Shown: one piece after another, positions 34,459-46,824 of the stretch
How the letters are laid out: every line of letters begins with the position of its first letter
How positions within the stretch are numbered: the stretch's first letter is position 1
DNA from: Cystobasidiomycetes sp. EMM_F5
Lineage: Eukaryota
Reading direction: 5' to 3'
Length of the DNA: 64,000 bases
NCBI GenBank assembly: GCA_051047955.1
Contig: JBPGPT010000022.1
Span: 186,001-250,000, forward strand
The notes under the pieces: generated by a model
Seen by the model: only the letters and a program-made list of their open reading frames with translations
What the model was told of the DNA's origin: nothing
Database searches by the model: none
Translations under genes and position numbers: made by a program

Positions 34459-36298
34459 TCACCACCTTGCTCGCTTGTACCGTTCCATACCCTGAGCGTT
34501 TGCATCGATACTGCCGTCCGGCGGTGCAGACGGCGTAACATCGAGACTTCGCTTGTTGATGGCTGTACGACCTAGCAAAGTCTTAGCAGCCGGCGAGAGG
34601 TAAGCATCTCTTCCAGGCGTCCGGCCGCTTCCGTCGATATCCAGCTTAACCGAGCGTAGAGGTGTACTTCGCGGACTCTGACTGACTGGGTGTACCATGC
34701 GTAAGCCTAAACCCGCTCTCGCCAGACCAGAGCCCTGGCGCTGCTGCAAGCTTCTGGCAGCCTTGCTTGCCAGCTTATGCGAGATTTGTTCTCGTCGGGA
34801 TGTCGCTGGAATCTTGAATGGCCCCTCGACAAATGCAGGATCCTCAGGATTTGGATCTCTGAGGGCAACAGGCGTGGAGGCGAGTGTACCAAAGGTCATG
34901 AGCGAGTTGATTCCGCTTGCTCCGAGGTTTGACACACTTGGCGACGGCATTTCGTCAACGAAAGAGTAGCCTTGCACGCGTGGGGTCATGCCTACGTCCG
35001 GACGACCGTGATCTACCAAAGGTGATGAAGGTCCCATCAGTGATTGTTGTAAATCTCGGCAGGAACAGACGAACAAGGTGTGCCATTGACGGCTGCGGCA
35101 ATATTGGAGTGACTCGGCGACGGAGGTATACCAGCTTTGCGAGCAGCCTCCTCTAAAGCTTCTTGGGTGAAAATTCGCGTACTGCTATACCTGATACCTT
35201 TTGGCTCATTTATGCCCATCTCATCGATCGCTGCAGTTCCTTGTTTACGATGTGCATCCCTCGAGGCTTGATGTATAGGCACATTGGCGTCAGGCGAAAA
35301 GTACAGATTGTTACGAGCCTACCAAATGGTGTCAGCTATATTTCCTGACTCTCATCTTCATGACTTACAGTAAACTTCCAGCTTTGCGTAGTCCCAGCAG
35401 TTTGGGCTTCCGCTAGGTGCGCTTCAGCGTCTGCCTTTCCTTCGAGCATAGCTATTTGCAATTCCTCTTCGCGGTCTGCTACCGATAGCTCGCCGGTCTT
35501 CTCCGGAGCACTCTCAATCATCAGTCTGTCCTTTCCGGTCGAGCTTGCCAACAGCCTCCGCTTTGCGAAGTTCATGCTCTCCTTGTCTCCTGGTAAGCTT
35601 TTACGTCCTTCGATGAGCATTCTAGCACCAGGCCTTCCGGGTTCAGCTCCCTCGATGAGTCTAATCTCTCCGTCACCTTCCGTGAGGCGACGAGCCAGAT
35701 CCACGAGCTGCGTCCTTGCCTCGATAGCTCTGCGAGACCTGTCATTTGACGCTTGCTCGGCCCGATACGCCCAAGCGTACTTGCTCTTTCGAGCATCGTT
35801 CTCGGTATTTACAATATCGGCGAAACTGGCGTTATCTTCTGAAGTGTACTTGGCTTGAAAGTCGTCGAGCGAGAGACTCGGGTCATAACGAAGTCTGGCC
35901 TTTACGGCTTGTAATGTTGAAGATGGGATGGGCGTTTCGCTAAACCCTTCCCTTGGAGTGACATCCTGCGCCAGCTGCACGCTGCTCCTCGACGGGTTCT
36001 GGCCAACCAGCCGTTCCATTCCCCGGACGCTGCGCTCAATGATGTCTGGATCATGGCTATGGAATCCGAGCAAGATCTCATTCTCCTCTTCCTGACGGGC
36101 TATGCGGTCGCTGACAGCTGGAAAGAAGTCGCGAGCAATTATCCGTTCGAGCCCTTGAATGTACTCGTCCTCGGTGAGGACAGCTTGACGGTTCAGTGAC
36201 TGGCTGGCAGGCTTGCCGTCTGCATATCGAGCCAGCTGCTGCTGCGAGCGTGTCAGCGCTGCCCTTGTCCGCGGTGTCGCATCATCAATATTGGCCAT
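34459..36298 (-). CDS. ESS2: Splicing factor ESS2/DGCR14 (Es2 family)
   Basis: QAVLTEDEYIQGLERIIARDFFP, LSLDDFQAKYTSEDNASF, TPRVQGYSFV, MTFGTL, GPFKIPATSRRE, LSPAAKTLL. Confidence 0.9.
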
Positions 36299-36425
36299 CT
36301 GCCGGCAGGTGCGTCAAAGGTCAAGAGGTGATGGCAATATGGCATCCCAGAATCGATAATAAGATTCGCTGGACTAGTGCCTTGCACTGCTTGTCCACAA
36401 CAATAGACATGTCAAGACAGCGCCG

Positions 36426-38626
36426 CTAATACCCACGAACCTTGTCGACGCAGTTCAACGTCTCCACCAGGTACGGTGAAAGAGCTTGATTCGTTGCGGC
36501 CAGTCTCGTAACCTCCTCCGAAATGCTCGTCAGTGCACTTATAGCCCTCAGAAGTTGCGTCTCGTCTAGCTCCACGTCGTCCGGCATCGTCTTGGGTCCA
36601 GTATCGACGTCCTCAGGATCCGCTACATGGCTTGATAGAAAGCCATGGAGCCTATTCTGCTCCGACTGATCGATATCGTCACTGCCGTTTAGATCTCCTG
36701 CGTGATTTCTAGCAAAGTACTTCTCCTTCAAAACATTGCCGTGCAGTACGCTGGCGCTAGCAACTGCTCGAGCCAGATTGCGCAAAGTCAAGCTCGCCAA
36801 AAAGCCGACTCCGACAGCTGCCTCTTGGTTTGACACTTGAGGACGTGTTACACTGTCTGTGAACGTCCGAGTAGAGCTGTCGAGGGAGTCGGCGGCTAGT
36901 ACGGAAGTGGTTGGCCCACTCGGATCGAGTGGATTGGCTGGGGGAACATGCGTACGGACATGGAATAGTAGCCCGCGCTGCGTAGTAGAAGTAAAGTCGC
37001 AAGAGCCAAATTGACAGCCCTGTCGCCATTCAGAAGCATTCGCATGCGTTTCCGAGATGTGCATGTACAGCTCTACACCTGATGAAAATGGCGTAGAGTA
37101 TTGACAACCGGACCAGCGACACTGCCAGCGCCTTTGAATAGCGTCCTGTACTGGATCAGGCGCCTGAAACTGCGGTCGTACTTTGATGCCACGAACCACA
37201 AACCGCTTGCCGGCAGCCTCATCGTCGTATGCCTTGGGATGAGCAAAAGGAAAGACCTCGCTGCTTAGCTTGATGATCTCTTGAGCACTGACTGTTGCTG
37301 CTACCGTGCCGGCTTCGATCTCGTCGGCGTATACATCAAATTGTGCCTGATAGGCTTTCCACAGTGCGACTTGGGTAATTTCGCCTTCTGGATCTGCCTC
37401 GAACAGAGCTTGCATCCTGCATAGTCTCTCAGGTCAGCAGGTCAGTCTACTGGTACTTCGGAAAGCTTCGCACCAGCTTCTTCCTCGATCCGGCTCAGAC
37501 TCGTGCTTGATACTTTCCATCGTCCGGTCATCGAGCCGAATGTCTGCTCCATCCGGCGCGTTCTGCTGAGGTGTCGCAAGAATTGGATACTGGACAATGA
37601 GGGCGTCTCGCAAGACTTTCCCCCGTAATTTATTCTGAGCAACGTCTGGGAGGTCGACTTCGTATTCGACCGACTCTTGCGAGGCGCCCTCTTTAACGCG
37701 ACTCAGCAAGATTCGGAAGATATCTCGGAGATCCGAGCGGAGCAGGACCGAAGAGGCATTGGGCGGTTGAAGTGTGTACTGGTATAGATAGTCGAGTACG
37801 GGCAGAAGTAATTCGGCATCTTCCAAATGAATGAGCTCGAGAGCTCTTCGGGACAGGACTGCGCTGGAATAGGTTGCACGAGGGCCTGTATATTGCGACA
37901 CGTTGTGTGCCGATATCGTCGGCGGTTGATAAGCGAAGACGGTTTGATTGTGGGGATGAAGAGCGAGCGCTCCAAGAAACGTAAAGGCTGCAACGACTTC
38001 AGCCCGGTCGTTCGAATTCGCTAGCTGAGCAAGGAGGGGATAGAGGCGTTGATCGACTGGCCGTTGGTCGACGGGGATGTCGTACCGCGGGAGAGCCAAG
38101 ACGAATAGATGGGCGAATGGCTCGGCGATATCGATAATGCACAAGCTGAGTTCGGTGTCGGTATTGTCTGCGAGGACCTCGCCGAGCACTATGAAGAGGT
38201 AGTCGCCAGCGGTGCGAACAGAGTGCAAGCCTTTTGGGCCTCCTTCGATGACGAGATTGCGCAGGACGAGGGCAGCTTCCACAGCTCGGCGGCGCGTCTC
38301 TGCCGTCTTTACTGCAGACGGGCGGACAATGTCGAGCAGCGCGGCAGCCAGTCCGTGCAAATGCTCGAGCGGCATCAGGACGGCGTCCGAGTACGAGTAC
38401 TGGACGAGCACTTCGAGGGCATGGTCGACTTCGGCGGGTATACCAGAGCGCAGCGACAGCAGGTACCGGTTCGCTGGTCCACCACCGAAAAGGCTTTCTG
38501 TTATCCATAGTCAGCCTGGCTGGTTTCTCACGTTATGGGCCCAGCACGGCACTACTCACGCACGTAGCGCTGTCGGATAGCCAACTGCGCCTGCTTTGCC
38601 TGGTTTGCCTGCTGCGCCCTGTTCAT
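36426..38626 (-). CDS. RSC9: RSC chromatin-remodelling subunit Rsc9/ARID2-like (ARM repeats, RFX-type winged helix, C2H2 fingers)
   Basis: GPANRYLLSLRSGIPAEVDHAL, WMQALFEADPEGEITQVALWKAYQAQF, RFVVRGI, CRWSGC...HISETH, CQFGSC...HVRTH, LTLRNL. Confidence 0.8.
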
Positions 38627-38815
38627 GTTTTGCGCTGTCGCTGGGGTTGCTGGGCTCTGCAGCTGCCTGTTAATCATACTGTTTGCAGAGTGATGCTAGC
38701 TCATGTTCATTATAAACATCTTGTATTGGATTCGAGTCGACATTACAAGCTGATTGAATTGCTCTGCTGCTCAGGAATCACCGGATGGTCCTGCCAAAAC
38801 TCCGGGTTGTTAGAA

Positions 38816-38825
38816 ATCAGATAAG
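38816..38825 (+). promoter_or_regulatory. Putative iron-responsive GATA repressor site (SreA/Fep1/Urbs1/Cir1 type)
   Basis: ATCAGATAAG matches ATCWGATAA and lies about 140 nt upstream of the HapX-like ATG. Confidence 0.6.
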
Positions 38826-38960
38826 ATCTAGAAGTTGGGGCTTGGCTTTGCACGGATCGGACAATAGCAACACGGGCATCGCGGACAGGATACCCACTTG
38901 GCTCAAAGACTACACGGCAAGAATACCAACCACCGTCCTTGTCGCGTCTCGTTAGCCCGA

Positions 38961-40939
38961 ATGGCCGCCGTAAAGGCTGCCGAGGCCTGTCAAATGCCCG
39001 CATCTACCGTCAGGACGACGGTCACTGCGAGCAAGACTGCAAGTTGAGCGTGTTCTTCCAAGTGTATGGCCTGCTAACGACGTATTACCGCCAGTGGGTC
39101 CTTCCTCCTCGAGCAAAGCCCGGCCGAAAGAGCAAGAAGATCGTGGAGCCGCAAGATCTGGACGATGATGACAGCGACAAGGTAATGTACGTATCATGTC
39201 AGTCTATACCCAGCCTTGACTCTGTCTCGTTGCACAGGTGTCGAGCCGGACCAAGCAGAAGGCCTCCCGAGAGCGCAAGCAGGAGTACATAGCAGAACTC
39301 GAGGCTAAGCTGAGATTATTCGAACACGGCGATGGCGAGAGGGCGGCTTTGTTTCAGGTAAGCCACCATATCCTTGCTTTGGGCCTTGCGGACTAACGTA
39401 GTTTATGCCCAGAAAATGGCCAAGAAGTATTCTGAGGAGAACGATGCCCTGAAACTCGAAAACGACAAACTAAGAGCTGCAATCGCACAGCTACAATCTC
39501 AACTAAGCGAAGTGGCCAAGTCTGGTGGTGCGGATCCTGCGAGTGCCTCGAATTCGCGCCCAAGTACCGTTCGCAAAGCATCATCCGATGCACGCGAGAA
39601 TGCTCAGCGTGTAAAAAGGCCGCGTTTGAGATCTACCTCTTCTGCGTCGTCAGTGGCTTCCATGCATGATGCTATTTATCTTCCTTCAAATGTCACCATC
39701 GATCCAATCAAGACCGATGCGCGACCAAGTCGCTCGCCGAGCGTAGTCACCGTGCCTACGCCGCATCTGTCATGGACACACGCGCAGCCTGTCATTCCTG
39801 GAGCACCTGCTGCTGACTTCTCGGAGCTAATGGTGTCGAGTACAACAATCGCAGGCGATGCCGAATGCTCGCTTTGCCAAAAGAACACGACTGGATCATG
39901 CTTGTGCGAAGATGTAGGCCTCGTCAAGGAGGCCTTTACGGTCAAAGAAGCAGATGCTACCTGCGGACTTTGTGATCCTAATGACTCATTATGCGAATGT
40001 GTGGACGAGGCCTACTGTATCTGTAGGGATGTCGGCATTCGCAGCCCAGCCCAAAGTCACAAGATCTCAGTTCCCGATGACGCATCTGCAGATGCAGGCA
40101 TATTAGCAGCCTCGTCAGAACTGGCCGCTTCCGCTTCTTCTGGTCGTTTCCGCAATATTGGCGGTTCTGTTCCTCTTCGAACACCTCGTCGGTTAGCTGG
40201 CACTGGTAGTGTTGTTTGGCGACTCGACAACTGGCCACTGCGGCAAGAGAAAGCGACACAGTCTGGATCGTCAAAGCCTACTTCGAATTCAGCAGGTGCG
40301 GCTCTCCGTCGGCAACTCATCAAGTCTGGCTCGCGACTGCCCTGCTCGGGTGACCCCTCGACGTGCCCTGCCTGCGCAGATGACCCGTATGTTGAAGCTG
40401 TGATCTGTAATTACCGACAACGACTGATGATCGCAATCACACTAGTGCTGGGCAGGCCTTCTGCTCGGCACTCAGCAGTTCCGTATGTCTGACCAATCCA
40501 TGCGCGAATTGTCCAAATCGCCCTTCGCCGCTGGCGAACCAGGTCGCTAGGGCGTCTTCACCAGCTTCACATGTAAATACAGATGCGACAGAGCGGACAA
40601 CTCTGCGGCGTCGCGATTCGAGTACAAGAGACGAAGTGCCCGATGCAATGATACCGTGTTCTGATGCTTGTACGTAGTAACGAGGAATATTCTTTCACGC
40701 GCCATAGCTGAAGATTACGCTTCATTGATGATGTAGGGGCTACTCTTCGGGCGCATCCGAATATCGGCTTTGCAGCTCTAGACATGCTCGCAGGCGTCGT
40801 GGCAAAGCACACGCATTGTTCTGGAAAGGTCGCGGAGGGCGATGGCAAGATCATCGAGGTGGACAGTAAAGGTGTAAAGCAGGCGCTCGATGTTTTGGAC
40901 CATATTAGAACAAGCGGTCCGGACGAAAGAGCACCATAA
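38961..40939 (+). CDS. HAPX: HapX-like iron-homeostasis transcription factor (Hap4-like motif, bZIP-like coiled coil, Cys-rich regions)
   Basis: ASKT|WVLPPRAKPGRK, RERKQEYIAELE, CSLC...CLCEDVG, CGLC...CICRDVG, CSGDPSTCPACADD, AFCSALSSSVC, LRAHPNIGFAALDMLAGVVA. Confidence 0.85.
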
Positions 40940-41009
40940 AACAGTCTCGGACCCATGATCGAACACCTTGCCAATGATGTTCCGGCAGTGTATACTAGTA
41001 AACGTTACG

Positions 41010-43892
41010 CTACATCTCCTCGACTTCCCCGGACGCATCTCTACCACATTCTGCCCAATTGGTTACGATGGTGTCGACAGCGGCTTGTATGTCTTTCTCA
41101 GTCACAGAATTGGAACCTCTCTCCTTGCTAAGGATCTTCTTCATGATGGACAAATTCCGCTGACCGACATCAACAGCCTCTGGCCACTGTGTTGATTGCG
41201 ATTGTCGTTCATCCATCTCGTTTCGATTCTGTTTACGCAAATTCGCGCCAGTCTCCTGAACGGCATCCGCAACCATCTGATACAAGCGACGCTCCGGTAG
41301 CATACCATCGCTCAATGCTTTCGATAGTTCCACTTGAGCGACGTGATAGTCCCGCTTCTTTTGCCGCGACTTGAAGAGGCAGGCCTGCATAGCCGAATTT
41401 GGCCAGGCTATGTCGGACAGACTGGAGCGTGCATCATTTGCAATTTGACGAACACTAGGATAACGTCCGTGGGAAGCATGATAATTGGCGAGTGTGACGT
41501 ATGCCGGAAGATCCATTTTTAGTCCCTTTTCCCTGACATGCAGCAAGATCTCATCTGCAAGCGTCTTCTTATCCGCTCTGAGGGCGTAATGAAGCAGCTT
41601 CGTGTAATGATGAATGTTAGGAAGAGTCCCGAGAATCTCACAACGATCTATAGCTGATCGAGCCCCCGCGACATCATCGTCGTTAAGATAGCAGATAATT
41701 AATGCGGAGAGGTGCTGGGCAGATGGCCTGATTCCCTCATCAATGATTTGCCGGCGAAAGTAGTCCCATAGCTGGTGAGGTGGACCGCCGCTGTATGCAA
41801 AGCGAAGCATCATGACCGCCACAGTTGCGTCGTCTGTGCGTATGCCGCGTGATTGTAGTTGCTTTGCCAAGGCATACAGAGGGGTGAAAATTGCAGACTT
41901 TTGGATCTCTGTCTTGATGACCGAAAGACTTGTCAAGCGAGCGATAGATTCTCCGCGTCGTCGTTGAGATCGGGCTCGACTTCGTTCACGAAGGAAGTAA
42001 GCACTCAAAAGTGTGTTCAAAGTAGCAATGTTAGGAAGCCAGGCACTTCGCGTCCGTATTTCGACCATCGCCTTCAAGACGTGTCGCGCAAGAAGAGACG
42101 GACTTCGGCCAAGAAAGCTCAAGAAGCGATTTATAGATCGATAGTGCAGTGGAATTCTCTTGCTAGTCATCTGCTTGACGCTTGTACAGAAGCCAGGAAG
42201 ACCCTCTCGCTGCAGAACTCCGCTCAACGCGGCATCGTAGATGCGACTTCGAGCGAGCCGCAGATCTGTTGACTCATCTTCCTCATCATATACCCGCTCA
42301 ATCAGCTGCAAAGCGCTGCTGATATCGCCTTGTCGTCCATAAAGCGCAACAAGGGCTTGACTTATGTGCGGGGAAGGCGCATATCCGGCCTGCATTGCAT
42401 CTCGATAGACGTGGAGCGCGGCCTGGAAGTGTCCGAGGCGAGAGTAGCCCTCCATTAGTAACGCATAGGTCTCTGCATCTGCCGCCAATCCTGACGTCTG
42501 ATGAGGCTGCGTAGAGTCAGTTGCGCCAGTGCCCACAACTGCGCCAACAAGGCGCTCTGACGCAACAGTTTCTGGCGGATAGCCTGGCGATGGCTTGTCG
42601 AACACCTCGACCAATTTCAGCGCAGACACCATATCGTTGCTCAGTATGTGCTCCCGAATGAAAGCATTGATCATCGTGGTATTACGTTCAATATCGAGCG
42701 GAGTGGACGAATTGAGCATATCTTGGTCTAGCTGACGTTGGGTGCGACCCGTCGCGCGATATCCGCGGATGATGCAGGCGTATGTATGAATGGTTGGCTT
42801 GATCCCATGCTGTTTCATGTTTTGAAAGGCCAGGCGAGCGTTTTGAAAGTCTTTGTTGATCAGAGATGCCAGAATTAAACGCTCATAAAGGCGCTCTGGC
42901 AATGGGTACAGACTTTTCGGCAAGGCAGTGATCTGAGGGACATTTTGGTATGTCTTGTTGGCCAAGATGGAGGACAGGAAGGCCTCGAGTAATGGCAAAG
43001 TCCAAGCACGGTGTGTGCTGAGGAGCATCGTCACGATCTCAGTGACGTGCTGGCTGTACGAGCTCCGATTAGTTGCTCGTGCAGCATCTTCGAAGATACG
43101 TAGGCGTGTTTTTTCGTCGATAGGACAGTCCCGCTCCAACAGATTCGCCAGGAGCTGCTGATATGGCCTCCAGAATCGACTGAATCTCCTGCGTCTGAGA
43201 AGCAAGGATAGTACTGTCGAAAAGATGAGGCGGGCAAGCTGGTTATGATCTTGCCTCTCTGCAGCAACCATTGCACCCTTTAGATTTTGACTAGTATCCG
43301 GCGGTTCTTCTTCGTCTTTACATCGTTCATGCAAAACACGTAGTTTCTCCGCGATACTGTCGTATTCTGCCGTATTCTCGAGATGTCGCGGCCGTATTGC
43401 AGCGGAAGCTACGCTCAACAGCGTACCGATGACAGCGTCAATCGACGAGGCAGCTTTGTCAGACTTCCGATCCTGGACGCTGTCTGAATGAGGTTTTGCT
43501 TGTGGAAGAGATTCGCGCGCCGCCTTCGTATTCGATGTTTCAGCGACCGGGGAATACCTAAATTCGCTTTGATTGGTATTGAGAGACACTCTTCGATACG
43601 GTTTGGACAGTGTCTGTTCATCGTACGGAGTGGGCGGCAGTTCGATGGCCCTGCCTTTGCCCTTCCACATTGCGCCTCTATGGGCAATTCTGTCGATGGT
43701 GGTTGGATCGGCCTGCGTGTTGACAAAGTCGCTCGCAGCGCTCTTTGTATATCCAGTAGACGTAAATGCTCTGCTGTTTGCAGGCCTTGTAAGGGCGGAA
43801 GAGCCATGTTGCGACAATAATTTCGATGCCTTTGCAACCTGTGATGACGAGACTTCGAGCTGCCTCGCGCACAGGCTACAGCCCTTGAGCAT
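41010..43892 (-). CDS. Pentatricopeptide-repeat protein, probably mitochondrial (intronless, about 960 aa)
   Basis: PPR units such as GIKPTIHTYACIIRGY, ADAETYALLMEGYSRLGHFQAALHVYRDAMQAGYAP, PNIATLNTLLSAY, PNIHHYTKLL. Presequence-like N-terminus. Confidence 0.88.
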   Translation of the reverse strand: MLKGCSLCARQLEVSSSQVAKASKLLSQHGSSALTRPANSRAFTSTGYTKSAASDFVNTQADPTTIDRIAHRGAMWKGKGRAIELPPTPYDEQTLSKPYRRVSLNTNQSEFRYSPVAETSNTKAARESLPQAKPHSDSVQDRKSDKAASSIDAVIGTLLSVASAAIRPRHLENTAEYDSIAEKLRVLHERCKDEEEPPDTSQNLKGAMVAAERQDHNQLARLIFSTVLSLLLRRRRFSRFWRPYQQLLANLLERDCPIDEKTRLRIFEDAARATNRSSYSQHVTEIVTMLLSTHRAWTLPLLEAFLSSILANKTYQNVPQITALPKSLYPLPERLYERLILASLINKDFQNARLAFQNMKQHGIKPTIHTYACIIRGYRATGRTQRQLDQDMLNSSTPLDIERNTTMINAFIREHILSNDMVSALKLVEVFDKPSPGYPPETVASERLVGAVVGTGATDSTQPHQTSGLAADAETYALLMEGYSRLGHFQAALHVYRDAMQAGYAPSPHISQALVALYGRQGDISSALQLIERVYDEEDESTDLRLARSRIYDAALSGVLQREGLPGFCTSVKQMTSKRIPLHYRSINRFLSFLGRSPSLLARHVLKAMVEIRTRSAWLPNIATLNTLLSAYFLRERSRARSQRRRGESIARLTSLSVIKTEIQKSAIFTPLYALAKQLQSRGIRTDDATVAVMMLRFAYSGGPPHQLWDYFRRQIIDEGIRPSAQHLSALIICYLNDDDVAGARSAIDRCEILGTLPNIHHYTKLLHYALRADKKTLADEILLHVREKGLKMDLPAYVTLANYHASHGRYPSVRQIANDARSSLSDIAWPNSAMQACLFKSRQKKRDYHVAQVELSKALSDGMLPERRLYQMVADAVQETGANLRKQNRNEMDERQSQSTQWPEAVDVGQRNLSIMKKILSKERGSNSVTEKDIQAAVDTIVTNWAECGRDASGEVEEM

Positions 43893-44163
43893 CAACTATG
43901 CCGCTAATTTGCATGCAGAATTATGAGCTGGCATCGTATATACAAGTTTCCACCAAAACGCCTACCCCAGCTTCACAGATTCCCTTGAAGCAAGCCTGAC
44001 CAAGACGCAGAGCAGGCGAGCAGGATGCAGTATTGTGACCAGGATCAATGTGGCCTTGCAGACATGTGCTTCGGAAGGGATCGAGTCGCTGCAAAAGCAA
44101 GCAACGTCGAGCAAATTCCAAGGCGGACGTTGGTCTCTCAGCACCCGTCCAACTGACTGAAAT

Positions 44164-44666
44164 ATGCAACCTAATGGCAGACTGAATCTGGCGTTATCAC
44201 GGCGAGAAGTATGCTTCTGCTGCAATCCTGCAGCGGAATCCGATAGCCTGCCCGATTTCTGACCATCTCGTTTGAATTCAAATGAACTCTAGGAAGATCA
44301 GATATACAAGAGCGTCAAGAAGGACGCTGTCGCGAGCTGCGATGCCTTTCTGCAGGGTCAGCGACCATTTGCGACTGGTCGCACCCAGCGTCGCTCACCT
44401 CCCCGGTCGCAGACTTCGCCAGGTGTTCCAAAGGTCGGACAATAACAATGAGCTGGAAATGTCGCGACCAGTGGAAGCTTGTCCAGGACTGCATGCAGAA
44501 CAAGTCGGTCGGCCTGTCATAGAGCCTGGAAAGCCCTTCTGACGTCTTCGATGTCGTGGACAGCATTACGCAAGAAAAGCTAGATGTAGCACGTCTGGAC
44601 TATCTGACGACGCGGAGGGCTGACTCTACCGCCGTCAATGCTGGGACTCCCTCGGTCGCCGCATGA
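44164..44666 (+). CDS. CMC1: COX assembly protein Cmc1 (twin CX9C), 4 small exons
   Basis: Spliced MQPNGRLNLALSRRE|EDQIYKSVKKDAVASCDAFLQ|DFARCSKGRTITMSWKCRDQWKLVQDCMQN|..ITQEKLDVARLDYL...* contains CX9C twice. Confidence 0.85.
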
Positions 44667-44845
44667 CTGACCGCGTTAGTATCTCGCAGCAACCGCTCGC
44701 CTTTGTCTGCGCCCATTCGGTCATCGTTTGAAGTCGACGGCAGTTATCGCATCAGGTACTATGTACAACTCGCTCGAATCCTTGTCGTTGTTATCATACA
44801 TGAAGATCACAACAGCACACATCAACATAATCGCTTCTCCTTACA

Positions 44846-46288
44846 CTAAAGACTGGGCGGCGACGACACCTGTCCATCGGTCTCCACACCTCGGTCTCGC
44901 CCGCTTAGACCATTCAGCAAGCGCTTCCCAGCTGAGCTCTTGAGGAGTTCGTTGGCTTTGAAGCTGCTCCGCACCAGGGGTCCGGACGCGACATACAAGA
45001 ATCCCATACCCTCGGCTACCCTCGCCCAATGGTCAAACTTTTCGGGCGGCACGTACGAGTGTACTTTCATATGCCTCTTGGTCGGTCGCATGTACTGGCC
45101 GAATGTGACGACATCGACGTTGGCGAGGCGTAGTTCGCGAAGCGCTTCTTCGACTTGGTAGTCTTCCTCGCCGACGCCAAGCATCAAGGACGTTTTTGTG
45201 ATGAGTCCAGGCTTCGCTTGCTTTGCCATCTTGAGCACCTTCAGACTCTGTCGGAAGGATGCCCGAGGGTCGCGTACGAATGGTGTACGGGCTTCTACCG
45301 TTTCTAGGTTGTGCGCATAAACGTCCAGCCCAGACTGCGCAACTTGAGCCACGCATGCCTGATCGCCTTGAAAGTCGCCCGTCAAAGCTTCAATGAGGAT
45401 ATGAGGCGCCTTTTGCTTGACTCTTCGGATTGTATCGGCAAAGTGTGCCGCTCCACCGTCTGCCAAATCTGCGAAGTGGAGCTCGGTGTGAGCATTGTGC
45501 TTACTCACAGATGAGGTCAACTACGCACCGTCCCTGTCCACACTTGTCATTACAATGTATCCGACTCCCCACCGTGCTATAGCTTCTGCAGTGTTTTCCG
45601 GTTCGTGCGGATCCAGTGGCGGTGGCGCTTTTGCAGTCTTTATCGCACAGAAGCGACAGCCTCGAGTGCATGTATCGCCCATGAGCTTCATCACGACGTT
45701 TCAGCCAGACTCGGACATATTACTGACGTCGAGTACGCACCATGATTGTGGCCGTCGCATCCCCTTTATCTCCACCCCAGCATTGGCCGATATTGGGACA
45801 CCTCGCTTCTTCGCATACTGTGTGTAGGCCTAGTCCGCGCAAGTCGTTCTTTATCTTGTTGTACGAGGGCGACACGGGAACGGATGTCTTTAGGTACTTG
45901 GGGAGGCGTTGGCTGTAATTGATGCATATCTCAGCCGGCTAAGCAGACCAGCCCTACAGAAGCCACCTACGCGGATGTGTTGCCAAGCTGCACCCGCTCA
46001 ATTGGCGCAAACAGCTCTTCCTCGGCACCACGTCCAGCAACAAATTCGTCGAGATCCGGTCCGCTGGCCAAACGGTCTTTCAGAGATGTCCGACTCGACG
46101 ACGAGGGTAGTGCAGAGGTGGACGCAGAAGATGAGCCCGCAGCTGTCGCATATGAGCGGCCTATTGCCTGCAGAGTGGTTGGATTAGCAATACTACTATC
46201 TCGACCAAACCTGGCGATATTGGATTCGTTGGAATCGCAAGAAAGCCATGCGCACCTTGGCACAGCTTGTGACGAGTCTACGCTGCAT
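44846..46288 (-). CDS. LIP5: Mitochondrial lipoyl synthase (radical SAM)
   Basis: [18 protein letters not shown] (CX4CX5C), [14 protein letters not shown] (CX3CX2C), [29 protein letters not shown]. Confidence 0.96.
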
Positions 46289-46824
46289 ATTTACAGGTTG
46301 GTTGCTTTTTAAAACACATCTTTGCCATCATCTCGAGCACAATCGGGATATTCGCCACCCCTTTCCTTGCTGCTCCTGACTGCAACCCTGATACTGCCCT
46401 GACATCAACCAAGTACGCGCCATGTTATGATCCAGTCGCGTTCAGCTGGTCCTACTCTGCTTTGCGGACGCCCGGACGCCGTCTCGCGCAGTATAGCCAG
46501 CCCATCGCCGGATTCGGAAATGGATTCTTTTTGGAAGGCCAGATGGGCTGTTGGATCTTTGGGATAGCCAGTATACGGTGCATTTCGATGGGAGAGTGTC
46601 GCTGGGCACTTGTCCGCTTCTGGAAATCGACAAATGACGGATCCATAGACTGATTCCGCTGAGGCATCCGCTTTATCTGCTAACAATACACCCGCATTAC
46701 ACTTAAACTGCTGACCGCAACGACTTCTGAAACCTCCAGCCTCACTCCGTTGTGCTTCTGACGAACGCTCGTCTGCAGATAGTCCAACTCCGACCACATT
46801 CCCTACACCCCACCCTCTGGCAAC

